From an uncultured Candidatus Saccharibacteria bacterium (GTDB lineage Bacteria; Patescibacteriota; Minisyncoccia; Phycocordibacterales; Phycocordibacteraceae): 64,000 nucleotides of DNA. Positions 9,708 through 20,094 of the stretch are shown piece after piece. The stretch lies in contig CAYOCH010000001.1 in NCBI GenBank assembly GCA_964402535.1, positions 8,286 to 72,285 on the forward strand, written 5' to 3'. A program made the position numbers and the translations under genes. Under the pieces are notes generated by a model. The model was not told the DNA's origin. It searched no databases and saw only the letters and a program-made list of their open reading frames with translations. Every line of letters begins with the position of its first letter. The stretch's first letter is position 1.

Positions 9708-12366
9708 GATGCAGCGCTTTGGCGAGGTACTCGCCCGTGTGCGAACCCTTGGTGTCGGCGACCTCCTCTGGCGTCCCCTTCGCGACGACCTTGCCGCCGC
9801 CGACGCCGCCCTCGGGCCCGAAGTCGATAAGATAATCCGCGCTCTTGATCACGTCCAGGTTGTGCTCGATCACGACGACTGTGTTGCCGCGCGCGACGAG
9901 CTCTTGCAGGATCTCGATCAGCTTCTTCACGTCCTCGTAGTGAAGGCCGACCGTCGGCTCATCGAGGAGATAAATAGTCTTTAGCGCCATCGGGCGGTAG
10001 AGCTCCGAGGCGATCTTCACGCGCTGCGCCTCGCCGCCCGAGAGGGTGGTCGCGCTCTGGCCGAGCGTGAGGTACTCGAGCCCGGTCGCGTTCAAGCTCG
10101 CGAGCCGGTCTGCGATCGCCGGGATGTCGGCGAAGAACGCCTCCGCCTCCTCGATCGTCATCTGGAGCACCTCGTGGATGTTCTTGCCGCGATACGTCAC
10201 CTCGAGGGTCTCCTTCATGAATCGCTTGCCCTCGCAGATGTCGCAGGTCACGTAGACCGTCGGCAAGAAGTGCATCTCGACCGCGATCGAGCCGTTGCCC
10301 TGACAGGCCTCGCAGCGGCCACCTGCGACGTTGAAGGAGAAGCGACCCGGCTTCCATCCCCTTGCGCGCGCCTCGGGCGTGGCGGCGAAGAGGTCGCGGA
10401 TATGCGTGAACGCGCCGGTGTAGGTCGCCGGGTTAGAACGCGGCGTGCGGCCGATCGGCGACTGGTCGATCAAGACTGCGCGGCCGACGTACTCGGTGCC
10501 GGTCATCGAGGCGACATGCTCGAGCCCAGCACCAGAACGAGTTCGGTGCTGGGTAAACTTGGCCACAATATTCTTGTGCAGAATGTCGTAGAGGAAGGTC
10601 GACTTACCCGAGCCAGAGACGCCGGTGATGCACACGAGCTTGCCCAAAGGCACGTCGATATTCTGGTTCACGAGGTTGTGCAGCGTCGCGCCGCGCACCT
10701 TGATCGCGCCGCGCTCGCTTGTGCGGCGCGACTCGGGGATCGGGATCACTGTCTCGCCGCGCAGATACGCGAGCGTCTTCGATTCCGTCTCGTTCTTCTT
10801 CGCCATGAGCAATTCGTCGAGCCAGCCGTGCGCGACGACCTTGCCGCCGTGGATGCCGGCGCCCGGGCCGATGTCGACGATATAGTCGCCCGCATAGATC
10901 GTGTCCTCGTCGTGTTCGACGACGACGATCGTGTTGCCGAGCTCCTTCAGGGTGAGGAGCGTTGTGATGAGACGGTCGTTGTCGCGCTGGTGGAGACCGA
11001 TCGTCGGCTCGTCGAGCACGTAGAGCGCGCCCGTGAGCCCGCTGCCCAGCTGTGAAGCCAAACGTATCCGCTGTGCTTCGCCCCCAGAAAGAGTCGCGGC
11101 CGACCGATCAAGCGTGAGATAGTCGAGGCCGACGTTCAGCATGAAGGTGAGGCGGCTCTCGATCTCCTTCAAGATCGGCGCCGCGATGTCGAACTTCATC
11201 TCCGAGAGCTCAAGTGAGTCGACAAACTTCTTGGCGTCGCCGATCGACATCGAGGTGAAGTCGACGATGTTCTTGCCGAGCCCTTTCTCTTTGCTGCTCT
11301 TCAGGTACACCCGCAGCGCCTCCGGGCGCAGACGCTTGCCCTCGCAGACGGGGCACGGCGCTTCAGAGAAGAGCGACTCGGTGCCGAGCCCGTGACAGGC
11401 CGGACACGCACCGTAGGGCGAGTTGAAGGAGAAGAGCCGCGGCTCCACCTCGGGGAACGAAGCGCCGTCCTCGGGGCAGATGAACTTGGACGAGAGCGTC
11501 TCGACCGTGCCGTCGGCGTGACCGATCTTCACCAAGCCGTCCGCCTCCTTGAGCGCGAGCTCGAGCGCCTCGGAGAGGCGCTCGCGGGCTGCCTGCGTCG
11601 AGCGCGCGAACTCTGATACGTAGATCGAGTCGACGACCGCGTCGATCGAGTGCCGCTTGTTGCGGTCGAGCTCGATCTTCTCGCGCAGCGACTGCAGCTT
11701 GCCGTCGACGACGACGCGCTCGTAGCCCTTGCCGAGGAGGTCGTAGAGGAGCTGATAGTATTCGCCCTTGCGGCCGACAACGACCGGCGCATAAATCGTG
11801 ACCGCGCTCTTGTCGACCGCGACGCCCATGATCCTTCCGGCGTCAGGGCCTCCGGCCGTGCTAGTTCCTTTGCGCTTCGCCTCGACGCGCGCGAACACCA
11901 TCTTGATCATCTCTTCTTTGGAGAGGCGCACGATCGGCACGTCGTGATGGATGCAGTAGGGCTGGCCAGCACGCGCATAGAGGACACGCAGGTAGTCGTA
12001 AATCTCCGTCACGGTCGCGACCGTCGAGCGCGGATTATTGGAGCGGCTCTTCTGGTCTATCGATATTGCGGGCGAGAGGCCAGAAATTTCATCGACATCC
12101 GGCTTGGCCATCTGATTCAAAAACTGCCGCGCATACGCGGACAAGCTTTCTACGTATCGCCTTTGGCCTTCTGCGAAAATAGTGTCGAACGCGAGCGAGG
12201 ACTTCCCGCTCCCCGAGAGGCCGGTGATCACCGTCATCGCCCCGCGCGGCATCTGCACGTCGATGTTCTTCAAGTTATGCGTCCGGGCGCCTTTGACGTG
12301 CAGCCAGTCAGACCCATGGCGGTGCCCATGGGCTTCATGTGCTTGCTTACTGCTCTTTTTAGTCAT
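9679..12366 (-). CDS. uvrA: Excinuclease ABC subunit A
   Basis: Two ABC modules ([16 protein letters not shown]), two LSGGEAQR signatures, [11 protein letters not shown]. Confidence 0.98.
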   Translation of the reverse strand: MTKKSSKQAHEAHGHRHGSDWLHVKGARTHNLKNIDVQMPRGAMTVITGLSGSGKSSLAFDTIFAEGQRRYVESLSAYARQFLNQMAKPDVDEISGLSPAISIDQKSRSNNPRSTVATVTEIYDYLRVLYARAGQPYCIHHDVPIVRLSKEEMIKMVFARVEAKRKGTSTAGGPDAGRIMGVAVDKSAVTIYAPVVVGRKGEYYQLLYDLLGKGYERVVVDGKLQSLREKIELDRNKRHSIDAVVDSIYVSEFARSTQAARERLSEALELALKEADGLVKIGHADGTVETLSSKFICPEDGASFPEVEPRLFSFNSPYGACPACHGLGTESLFSEAPCPVCEGKRLRPEALRVYLKSSKEKGLGKNIVDFTSMSIGDAKKFVDSLELSEMKFDIAAPILKEIESRLTFMLNVGLDYLTLDRSAATLSGGEAQRIRLASQLGSGLTGALYVLDEPTIGLHQRDNDRLITTLLTLKELGNTIVVVEHDEDTIYAGDYIVDIGPGAGIHGGKVVAHGWLDELLMAKKNETESKTLAYLRGETVIPIPESRRTSERGAIKVRGATLHNLVNQNIDVPLGKLVCITGVSGSGKSTFLYDILHKNIVAKFTQHRTRSGAGLEHVASMTGTEYVGRAVLIDQSPIGRTPRSNPATYTGAFTHIRDLFAATPEARARGWKPGRFSFNVAGGRCEACQGNGSIAVEMHFLPTVYVTCDICEGKRFMKETLEVTYRGKNIHEVLQMTIEEAEAFFADIPAIADRLASLNATGLEYLTLGQSATTLSGGEAQRVKIASELYRPMALKTIYLLDEPTVGLHYEDVKKLIEILQELVARGNTVVVIEHNLDVIKSADYLIDFGPEGGVGGGKVVAKGTPEEVADTKGSHTGEYLAKALHHAKKRPKTV
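10525..10553. repeat. In-frame hairpin in uvrA
   Basis: CCCAGCACC-A-GAAC-GA-GTTC-GGTGCTGGG; encodes [10 protein letters not shown]. Confidence 0.65.
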
Positions 12367-12405
12367 GGATATGGGAACTCCTGCCCGTGGCGGGACAGGT
12401 ACGGC

Positions 12406-12433
12406 TTGACTATACCATAACGAGTACTACAAT
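12406..12433 (+). promoter_or_regulatory. Sigma70-type promoter divergent from uvrA
   Basis: TTGACT-16 nt-TACAAT. Confidence 0.6.
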
Positions 12434-12439
12434 TGAATT

Positions 12440-12711
12440 GAGCTTAGGCTCGGTTTTATTAGCTTAGTCCGGCCAATATGGCAGTACTCTTGCTAGAAAA
12501 ATTGAGCCCTGTTCTTCCAGCTGCATTTTGACTATCTGCATCGAATCCCTGAACAAGGTTCTTCCGATCCAGATCTAATTCCCGAGTCAATGACAACTTG
12601 CAGTTAGAATTAAGTTACGTCTTGTCATGACGTGACCGAAGTAAGAATCTCGGGTGTTCTTGCAGGACAGTGGGCTCAATGCGAACCGCCTACCGGCGGT
12701 TCGGCGTTTTT
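12440..12711 (+). ncRNA. Candidate structured ncRNA
   Basis: No ORF in the track; ATTGAGCCC(12501)/GGGCTCAAT(12672), CCCGAG/CTCGGG and ATGACAA/TTGTCAT nested helices; terminator at 12682-12711. Confidence 0.5.
12682..12711 (+). terminator. Intrinsic terminator
   Basis: CGAACCGCC-TACC-GGCGGTTCG followed by GCGTTTTT. Confidence 0.75.
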
Positions 12712-12712
12712 A

Positions 12713-13513
12713 TCATATTTGCATCGAGTCTTGAACTTCGTAAGTCTCTGCGGTCAGTATCAGCTCTATAGAACGCGCCCAAAGAAGATATATGTTACTT
12801 AGTGCAGCATTATGATCAAGAGGTGTTGGGAAGAGTGTGTGTATTTGCTGAACTAATCCGGTTCTATTTTCTGCCGAAATCGCGTAATCAATCGAGCCGC
12901 TTGGATTGGGGTCATTCGTTGGATGCTCAATGATATATTTAATAATCTGCAGTATCTTCGACAGATCGTCTTGAAGCGTTTTATCATCCGCCGCGAATGA
13001 AGCCATCTGGGTCTGGAAAACACGAACGGCTTGGACGTCCTGATTTTGAATAGCAGAGGAATACGAACTTCGCATTTGGTTCACATCTTGAAGTTCCTTA
13101 GTTATGTCTGCCCACAGCAGTGTCGCCGTCGCGCTGATTGCTTTATCGCTGTCATTGAGATAGGGCTGCAAACTACTGCTAGCGTTCTGCAAATGTGTCG
13201 CCGATTCATTTAACGCAGTCAGTATCACGACGTCTGACTGCGATTCTCCGAATGTTGCTTGCGCCTCGGAATAGGTTTTAGTTTTCCCATATAGCTCTGA
13301 AAGGGCAACAAGAAAAGAGTATATATAGTCGCTTGAATGCTGAGAATATTTACTATCATCCGTATTTGATGCGACGGAAGCATTAGTGGTATTTGCAGCT
13401 ACACTGTCGCCTGTGATAGGAGGGCTAGCGACGGAATGAATTCCCCATGCGATAGCTACAATCAATACGAGAACGACAACCGGGAAGAGTGTCGACTGTT
13501 CTGACGGCTTCAT
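12713..13513 (-). CDS. Hypothetical membrane-anchored helical protein (AT-rich, probably acquired)
   Basis: 266-aa ORF with N-terminal TM; markedly lower GC than uvrA/uvrB. Confidence 0.75.
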   Translation of the reverse strand: MKPSEQSTLFPVVVLVLIVAIAWGIHSVASPPITGDSVAANTTNASVASNTDDSKYSQHSSDYIYSFLVALSELYGKTKTYSEAQATFGESQSDVVILTALNESATHLQNASSSLQPYLNDSDKAISATATLLWADITKELQDVNQMRSSYSSAIQNQDVQAVRVFQTQMASFAADDKTLQDDLSKILQIIKYIIEHPTNDPNPSGSIDYAISAENRTGLVQQIHTLFPTPLDHNAALSNIYLLWARSIELILTAETYEVQDSMQI

Positions 13514-13544
13514 TAATACATAGTTTTCACCTAGTGCGCTACTG

Positions 13545-15587
<2,043 letters not shown>

Positions 15588-15592
15588 ATACG

Positions 15593-16843
15593 TTAGGCGT
15601 AGTAGGAACGGACAAAGTCTGCCCGATATTGTTCAAATCGTCCATCGATGATCGCCTGCCGCGCGCCAGCGACGAGGTCGAGGATGAAGCCGACGTTGTG
15701 CATCGAGGCGATAGCTGCGCCGAGCATCTCGCCCGAGCGCAGGAGGTGCGCGACATAGGCGCGAGAGAACTGCTCGGTGCCTGTTACAGCGAGCTCTGGG
15801 TCGAGCGGGCCGAAGTCTGTCCTATATTTTTCGTTCGTGAGACGGATGACGCCTTGTTTCGTATAGATCGAGCCGTGCCGGCCGAGCCGCGTCGCTGCGA
15901 CGCAGTCGAAGAGGTCCATGCCGTTCGCGATGCCCTCGAGGATATCGCCCGGCTCACCGATCCCGAGGAAGTGCCGCGGCAGCTCCTCGGGCAGTTCCCC
16001 CACGGCTGCCGAGAGCGCGCTCCGCATATCCTCCTTGCTGAAGGAGCCGCCGATGCCGATGCCGTCGAAGCCGAGTGAGGCGATCTCGCGAGCCGACTCG
16101 GCGCGCAGATCTTCGTGACGGCCGCCCTGCACGATGCCGAAGATCGCCTGCTTCTTGCTCGCGTCGATATTCTGCCGGTGCGCCGTAAGCGACCGCGCCG
16201 CCCAGCGATGTGTGCGTTCCATCGCCTCCTTCTGGTATTCATACGGCTCAGTCGGCGACGTGCATTCGTCGAAGGCGAAGAAGATGTCCGCGCCGAGTGC
16301 GTGCTGGATCTCGATCGTGCGCTCTGGCGTGAAGCGATGCAGCGAGCCGTCCAGGTGCGAGGTGAAGGAGACGCCCTCGTCGTCGATCACCGCGAGCTGG
16401 CCGTGCTGGCTCGCGACGCTCTCGTCGAAGTGCGCGAGCCCATGTCGGGACGTCGTACGTCCTACATCAGATGTAGGACGTACGACGTCCTCCACATTCG
16501 AGATCTTCGAGATCTTACGGCCGAAGGCCGCCCCGAGCGAGAAGACCTGAAAGCCGCCCGAGTCAGTGATCGTCGGCCCGCTCCAACCCATGAACGTGCC
16601 GAGCCCGCCAGCCTCTTGGACGATCTTCTCTCCCGGCTGCAGGTAGAGGTGATAGGTGTTCGCGAGGACGACCTCGGCGCCGAGCGCCTCGAGGGTCGAG
16701 GGCAGGATGCCTTTCACGTTCGCCTTCGTTCCCACCGGCGTGAAGGCGGGCGTGCGGATCGCCCCGTGAGGCGTCGTGAGGATGCCAACACGCGCGCGGC
16801 TCTTCAGCTCGCGTGATTCAATTGAGAATGAGATCGCGCTCAT
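15593..16843 (-). CDS. tgt: tRNA-guanine transglycosylase
   Basis: TPAFTPVGT, ANTYHL, TDSGGFQVFSL, FDEC, GIVQGG, DLFDC. Confidence 0.95.
   Translation of the reverse strand: MSAISFSIESRELKSRARVGILTTPHGAIRTPAFTPVGTKANVKGILPSTLEALGAEVVLANTYHLYLQPGEKIVQEAGGLGTFMGWSGPTITDSGGFQVFSLGAAFGRKISKISNVEDVVRPTSDVGRTTSRHGLAHFDESVASQHGQLAVIDDEGVSFTSHLDGSLHRFTPERTIEIQHALGADIFFAFDECTSPTEPYEYQKEAMERTHRWAARSLTAHRQNIDASKKQAIFGIVQGGRHEDLRAESAREIASLGFDGIGIGGSFSKEDMRSALSAAVGELPEELPRHFLGIGEPGDILEGIANGMDLFDCVAATRLGRHGSIYTKQGVIRLTNEKYRTDFGPLDPELAVTGTEQFSRAYVAHLLRSGEMLGAAIASMHNVGFILDLVAGARQAIIDGRFEQYRADFVRSYYA
16448..16490. repeat. Perfect 43-bp in-frame palindrome in tgt
   Basis: GGACGTCGTACGTCCTACATC-A-GATGTAGGACGTACGACGTCC (21-bp arms, 1-nt centre). 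Confidence 0.95.
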
Positions 16844-16863
16844 TCCCTCACCCTAACAGATTT

Positions 16864-17391
16864 TCAGTGAGTCGGCTTCGTGACCTTCACGAGCTCAACC
16901 TCGAAGACGAGGTCGGAGTTCGCTGGGATCACATTGCCAACCGCCTGGCTGCCGTAGGCGAGCGCCGCGGGGATGAGGAGCTTGCGCTTGCCGCCCTCCT
17001 TCATGCCGACAAGGCCCTGATCCCACCCCTTGATCACCTGGCCGGCGCCGAGCGTGAAGGTGAAGCCCTGTGTGCCGCGGTTCGCTGATGCGTCGAAGAC
17101 GGTCCCGTTCGTGAGCGAACCGACGTACTGCACCGTGACGCTATCGCCCACTGCGGCAACCGTGCCGGTACCGACGGTCTCGTCCTGTATGAGGAGCTCT
17201 TTGAAGGGTTCGCTAGGCATGGTTGAAGTGGTTGAAGCGGTTTGTGATTGTCCGGGAGTAATGTTCGCCTGATTCTGCTCCTCTTGCGCTGGCGCGGAAG
17301 AGCCGAACGGCGAGAGATTCGGGAGGATAAAAAAGAGCACGACGACGGCGAGTGCAAGCGCTGTGGCGATACCGGTTTTCGTTGGTGTCAT
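16864..17391 (-). CDS. FKBP-type peptidyl-prolyl isomerase, exported
   Basis: YVGSLTNGTVFDAS, VIKGWDQGL, IPANSDLVFEVEL. Confidence 0.95.
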   Translation of the reverse strand: MTPTKTGIATALALAVVVLFFILPNLSPFGSSAPAQEEQNQANITPGQSQTASTTSTMPSEPFKELLIQDETVGTGTVAAVGDSVTVQYVGSLTNGTVFDASANRGTQGFTFTLGAGQVIKGWDQGLVGMKEGGKRKLLIPAALAYGSQAVGNVIPANSDLVFEVELVKVTKPTH

Positions 17392-17416
17392 ATGGTTAGG
17401 CTATGTCGTGAGTATA

Positions 17417-17725
17417 CTACGGCGCGCGGAACGCCTTGAACCGCTTCACCTCCTCGTCGACAGCGGCCTTGGCGAGCGCCTCGTGATCCGGCACCTCCAT
17501 GTCGAGGAACGCCTGGAGCGCAGCAGAGTCTCCTGCCTCGGCGAGTTTGCCGAACGCCTCACGCTTGTCCTCGGCGAGCTTGCCGACCACGGCCAGGGTC
17601 GCAGCCTTGAGCGCCACTTCGCCGAACTGGGCGATGAGTGGTTTTTGTTCTTCGGGCGTGAGTTCAGAGAGGCCGAGATCGGCGGCGATGAGCGCGGTGA
17701 GTTGGTCGTCTGGCATGGGTGTCAT
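17417..17725 (-). CDS. Small acidic helical hypothetical protein (DUF5663-like)
   Basis: DLGLSELTPEEQK...FLDMEVPD pattern; family name recalled, not searched. Confidence 0.6.
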   Translation of the reverse strand: MTPMPDDQLTALIAADLGLSELTPEEQKPLIAQFGEVALKAATLAVVGKLAEDKREAFGKLAEAGDSAALQAFLDMEVPDHEALAKAAVDEEVKRFKAFRAP

Positions 17726-17735
17726 CTTAGCATGG

Positions 17736-20090
17736 TTAGCGGATAAGCCGCGCGAAGTCGTCGAGCTCGGGCGGCTTCGCAAATGCGGAGAAGAAGCTCG
17801 TGATGCCCGTGTTCTTGATCGGCGCACCAGAGATGAGTCGGCCGTCGACGACCCCCCACGCGACTCGATATTTGCCGGAGTCGTCCGCCGCGTAGATCAC
17901 CTCGTTCGGATGCGTCGTGAGATATTTCGTCATCACCTCAAGGCGCGCTTCGGCTGTACCGCCGAACGCGAAGACCTTGGTCCCTGCCGAATCGATATAG
18001 AGATGCGTCTCTTTGACCGGCACGTCAAGACCGTAGTTGTTGCGGACGACATCGGCCGCCTGCTCATAGGAGCCCGAGTGGATCAGGTTGCCTGAGCCGT
18101 CCCTGATCGCGTTGCCAGAGCCGTCATGCACGACCGGCGCCTCTGGTGCGAGAGCAGGCGCCGGGGTCGGCACGTTCGCGGCGTTGACTGCCGCCTCGTG
18201 CGCCTCTTGTGCTGCCGTGAGATCGTTGGTCTCGACTGACGGTGGCGGCTGCGCCTCGATATGCGCATCCTCTGGTACGGGCGCGCTCGGAACCGGCGCT
18301 TCGATATGCGGCGCGCCTGACAGCTTCATCCCCTCTGCTGCGTTCACGATGTCGCCGTGCGCCGCGTCAGAGAAATGCAGCGCGCCGTCTGCACCGATCG
18401 AGAGATGCGCACTCTTGTCGATCACGACGCTCCCGCCCTCGCCGAAGAACTTGTGATCCATCGCGAGCCGATGAATCACGCCGTTGATCTTCTCTGGATG
18501 CGCTTTAGCATCAAATAGCCTCTCAATATCACTGTTTGCTTGCATCCCCGCTGGCGGCTGATCAGGCAGCTGCTTGATCAAGTCCTTCAGCATACCCTCG
18601 TAGCCGTGTGACGAAGCGCCGACTGACACGACCGGCGCTTCTGCGATCGGTGCTGGTGCAGCCACCGCAGGAGCCGCCTCAGCTGCCGGAGCCGCGGTTG
18701 CTGCTGCCTGCGGCACCTCCGGCGGTGCTGGCGGCGGCGTCGCATCGGGCACTGACGATGCGTGTGGTGCTAGCGTTGGCGCTTCGCTTGTCTGTGATGC
18801 CATGGGTGCAGCCGCATGGTGACCCAACTTGTCACCAAGCCATTCGCGGACATGCGCCGCCCAGTCCGACTGGCTCACTTCTCTGATCAACTCGCTCATC
18901 GCAAGCGTCATGCCTGCTGAAAAGAGTATCGCCTTTACCATCGCCTTCTCTTTCGCATGCGTTCCGCCCTTTTCGAGCTCGCTCTTCTCAAACTTCAGAA
19001 ACGCTGTCGAAAGTCCGGCGACGCGCTGCGCTGCGACGCCGGTGAGACATGCAAACGCTGCCGGGAGTGACGCGCCGGAGGCGATACCAGCGCCGACACC
19101 GAGCGTGAGTCCGACTGCGATCTTTGTCTTCCATCCCATCTTGTTGTATTTCTCCCCAAGCCGACGAAATCCGCTTTCGACCTTACCCATCTTGGCAAGA
19201 CCAGCATCGAGTTCTTGTGAGCGCACCGCAAGCATCTCTCCAGGAGTCGCGGGTTCCTTCTCCTGCTTCGTCTCCTTCTCTGCATCTGCCTTCGCCGTCG
19301 CCTCGGCAACAAGCCGCTGCAATTCTTCTTGTGCCTCCTTGCGCGTCATCTCCTCGCTCTTCCGCCAGACTGCCGGCCCTTCCGCATTCGCCTTATCAAT
19401 ATCGAATGTCGGCGTTTGCCCCGCCGACTCCTGTGTTGGCAGAGTTGCTGGTTCCGATTTCGCCGGCGCTTGCCGCGCGTCGAGGCGCGCTTGCCCCTGC
19501 GCTATCGCGCGATTGAGCGCACTGCTCTTCGGGTCGTTGATCGATTCACCTTTTTTGAGAGCCTCAGTATTGTCTGCCGTTCTTTCTGCAACCTGCTGCT
19601 GTGCCTCTTGCTGCAAGCTCGCCTTGAGCGCCTCTACATCCGCGCCCGTTTCCAATCCGGCATCAAGGTCGATATCGACATGCTGTTCTTGTCCTGCCGG
19701 CGATAGCGCATCTATGTTCTGAAGGGTGTCCGAAATGACCTGTTCTCGCTCCTCTGGCGTAAATCTGGTCTGCTCTTTTTCTGCCGCAGCTGCCTCCGCG
19801 TAGACGCGCTCGCGGCGTACTGAGTTCAGATCTTCGACCTGCCTCGTCATCGCGTTTTCAATCCTGTCTTTGCTCTTGGCTGCTTTGGCCTTCGGATACG
19901 CTCGGGCGAGCTTAGCGACACGATCGAACATCTCGTTCGCACCCTTCCATGCCTTGCCCTCGAATTCACCGGGATCCTCGCCCGCAAGCTTCAGGCGCTT
20001 CCCCATCGCTGAATACCCCTTCTTTGCTTCTTCAAAAGAGGCCTTCGGATCGAACGGTTTCGCGCTGTCGTCGGGGGGATATTCAGCCAT
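17736..20090 (-). CDS. Large hypothetical protein with charged N-terminus, central hydrophobic hairpin and Pro/Ala-rich linker
   Basis: 784-aa ORF starting 4 nt after the VirD4-like gene. Confidence 0.8.
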   Translation of the reverse strand: MAEYPPDDSAKPFDPKASFEEAKKGYSAMGKRLKLAGEDPGEFEGKAWKGANEMFDRVAKLARAYPKAKAAKSKDRIENAMTRQVEDLNSVRRERVYAEAAAAEKEQTRFTPEEREQVISDTLQNIDALSPAGQEQHVDIDLDAGLETGADVEALKASLQQEAQQQVAERTADNTEALKKGESINDPKSSALNRAIAQGQARLDARQAPAKSEPATLPTQESAGQTPTFDIDKANAEGPAVWRKSEEMTRKEAQEELQRLVAEATAKADAEKETKQEKEPATPGEMLAVRSQELDAGLAKMGKVESGFRRLGEKYNKMGWKTKIAVGLTLGVGAGIASGASLPAAFACLTGVAAQRVAGLSTAFLKFEKSELEKGGTHAKEKAMVKAILFSAGMTLAMSELIREVSQSDWAAHVREWLGDKLGHHAAAPMASQTSEAPTLAPHASSVPDATPPPAPPEVPQAAATAAPAAEAAPAVAAPAPIAEAPVVSVGASSHGYEGMLKDLIKQLPDQPPAGMQANSDIERLFDAKAHPEKINGVIHRLAMDHKFFGEGGSVVIDKSAHLSIGADGALHFSDAAHGDIVNAAEGMKLSGAPHIEAPVPSAPVPEDAHIEAQPPPSVETNDLTAAQEAHEAAVNAANVPTPAPALAPEAPVVHDGSGNAIRDGSGNLIHSGSYEQAADVVRNNYGLDVPVKETHLYIDSAGTKVFAFGGTAEARLEVMTKYLTTHPNEVIYAADDSGKYRVAWGVVDGRLISGAPIKNTGITSFFSAFAKPPELDDFARLIR

Positions 20091-20094
20091 AGCC

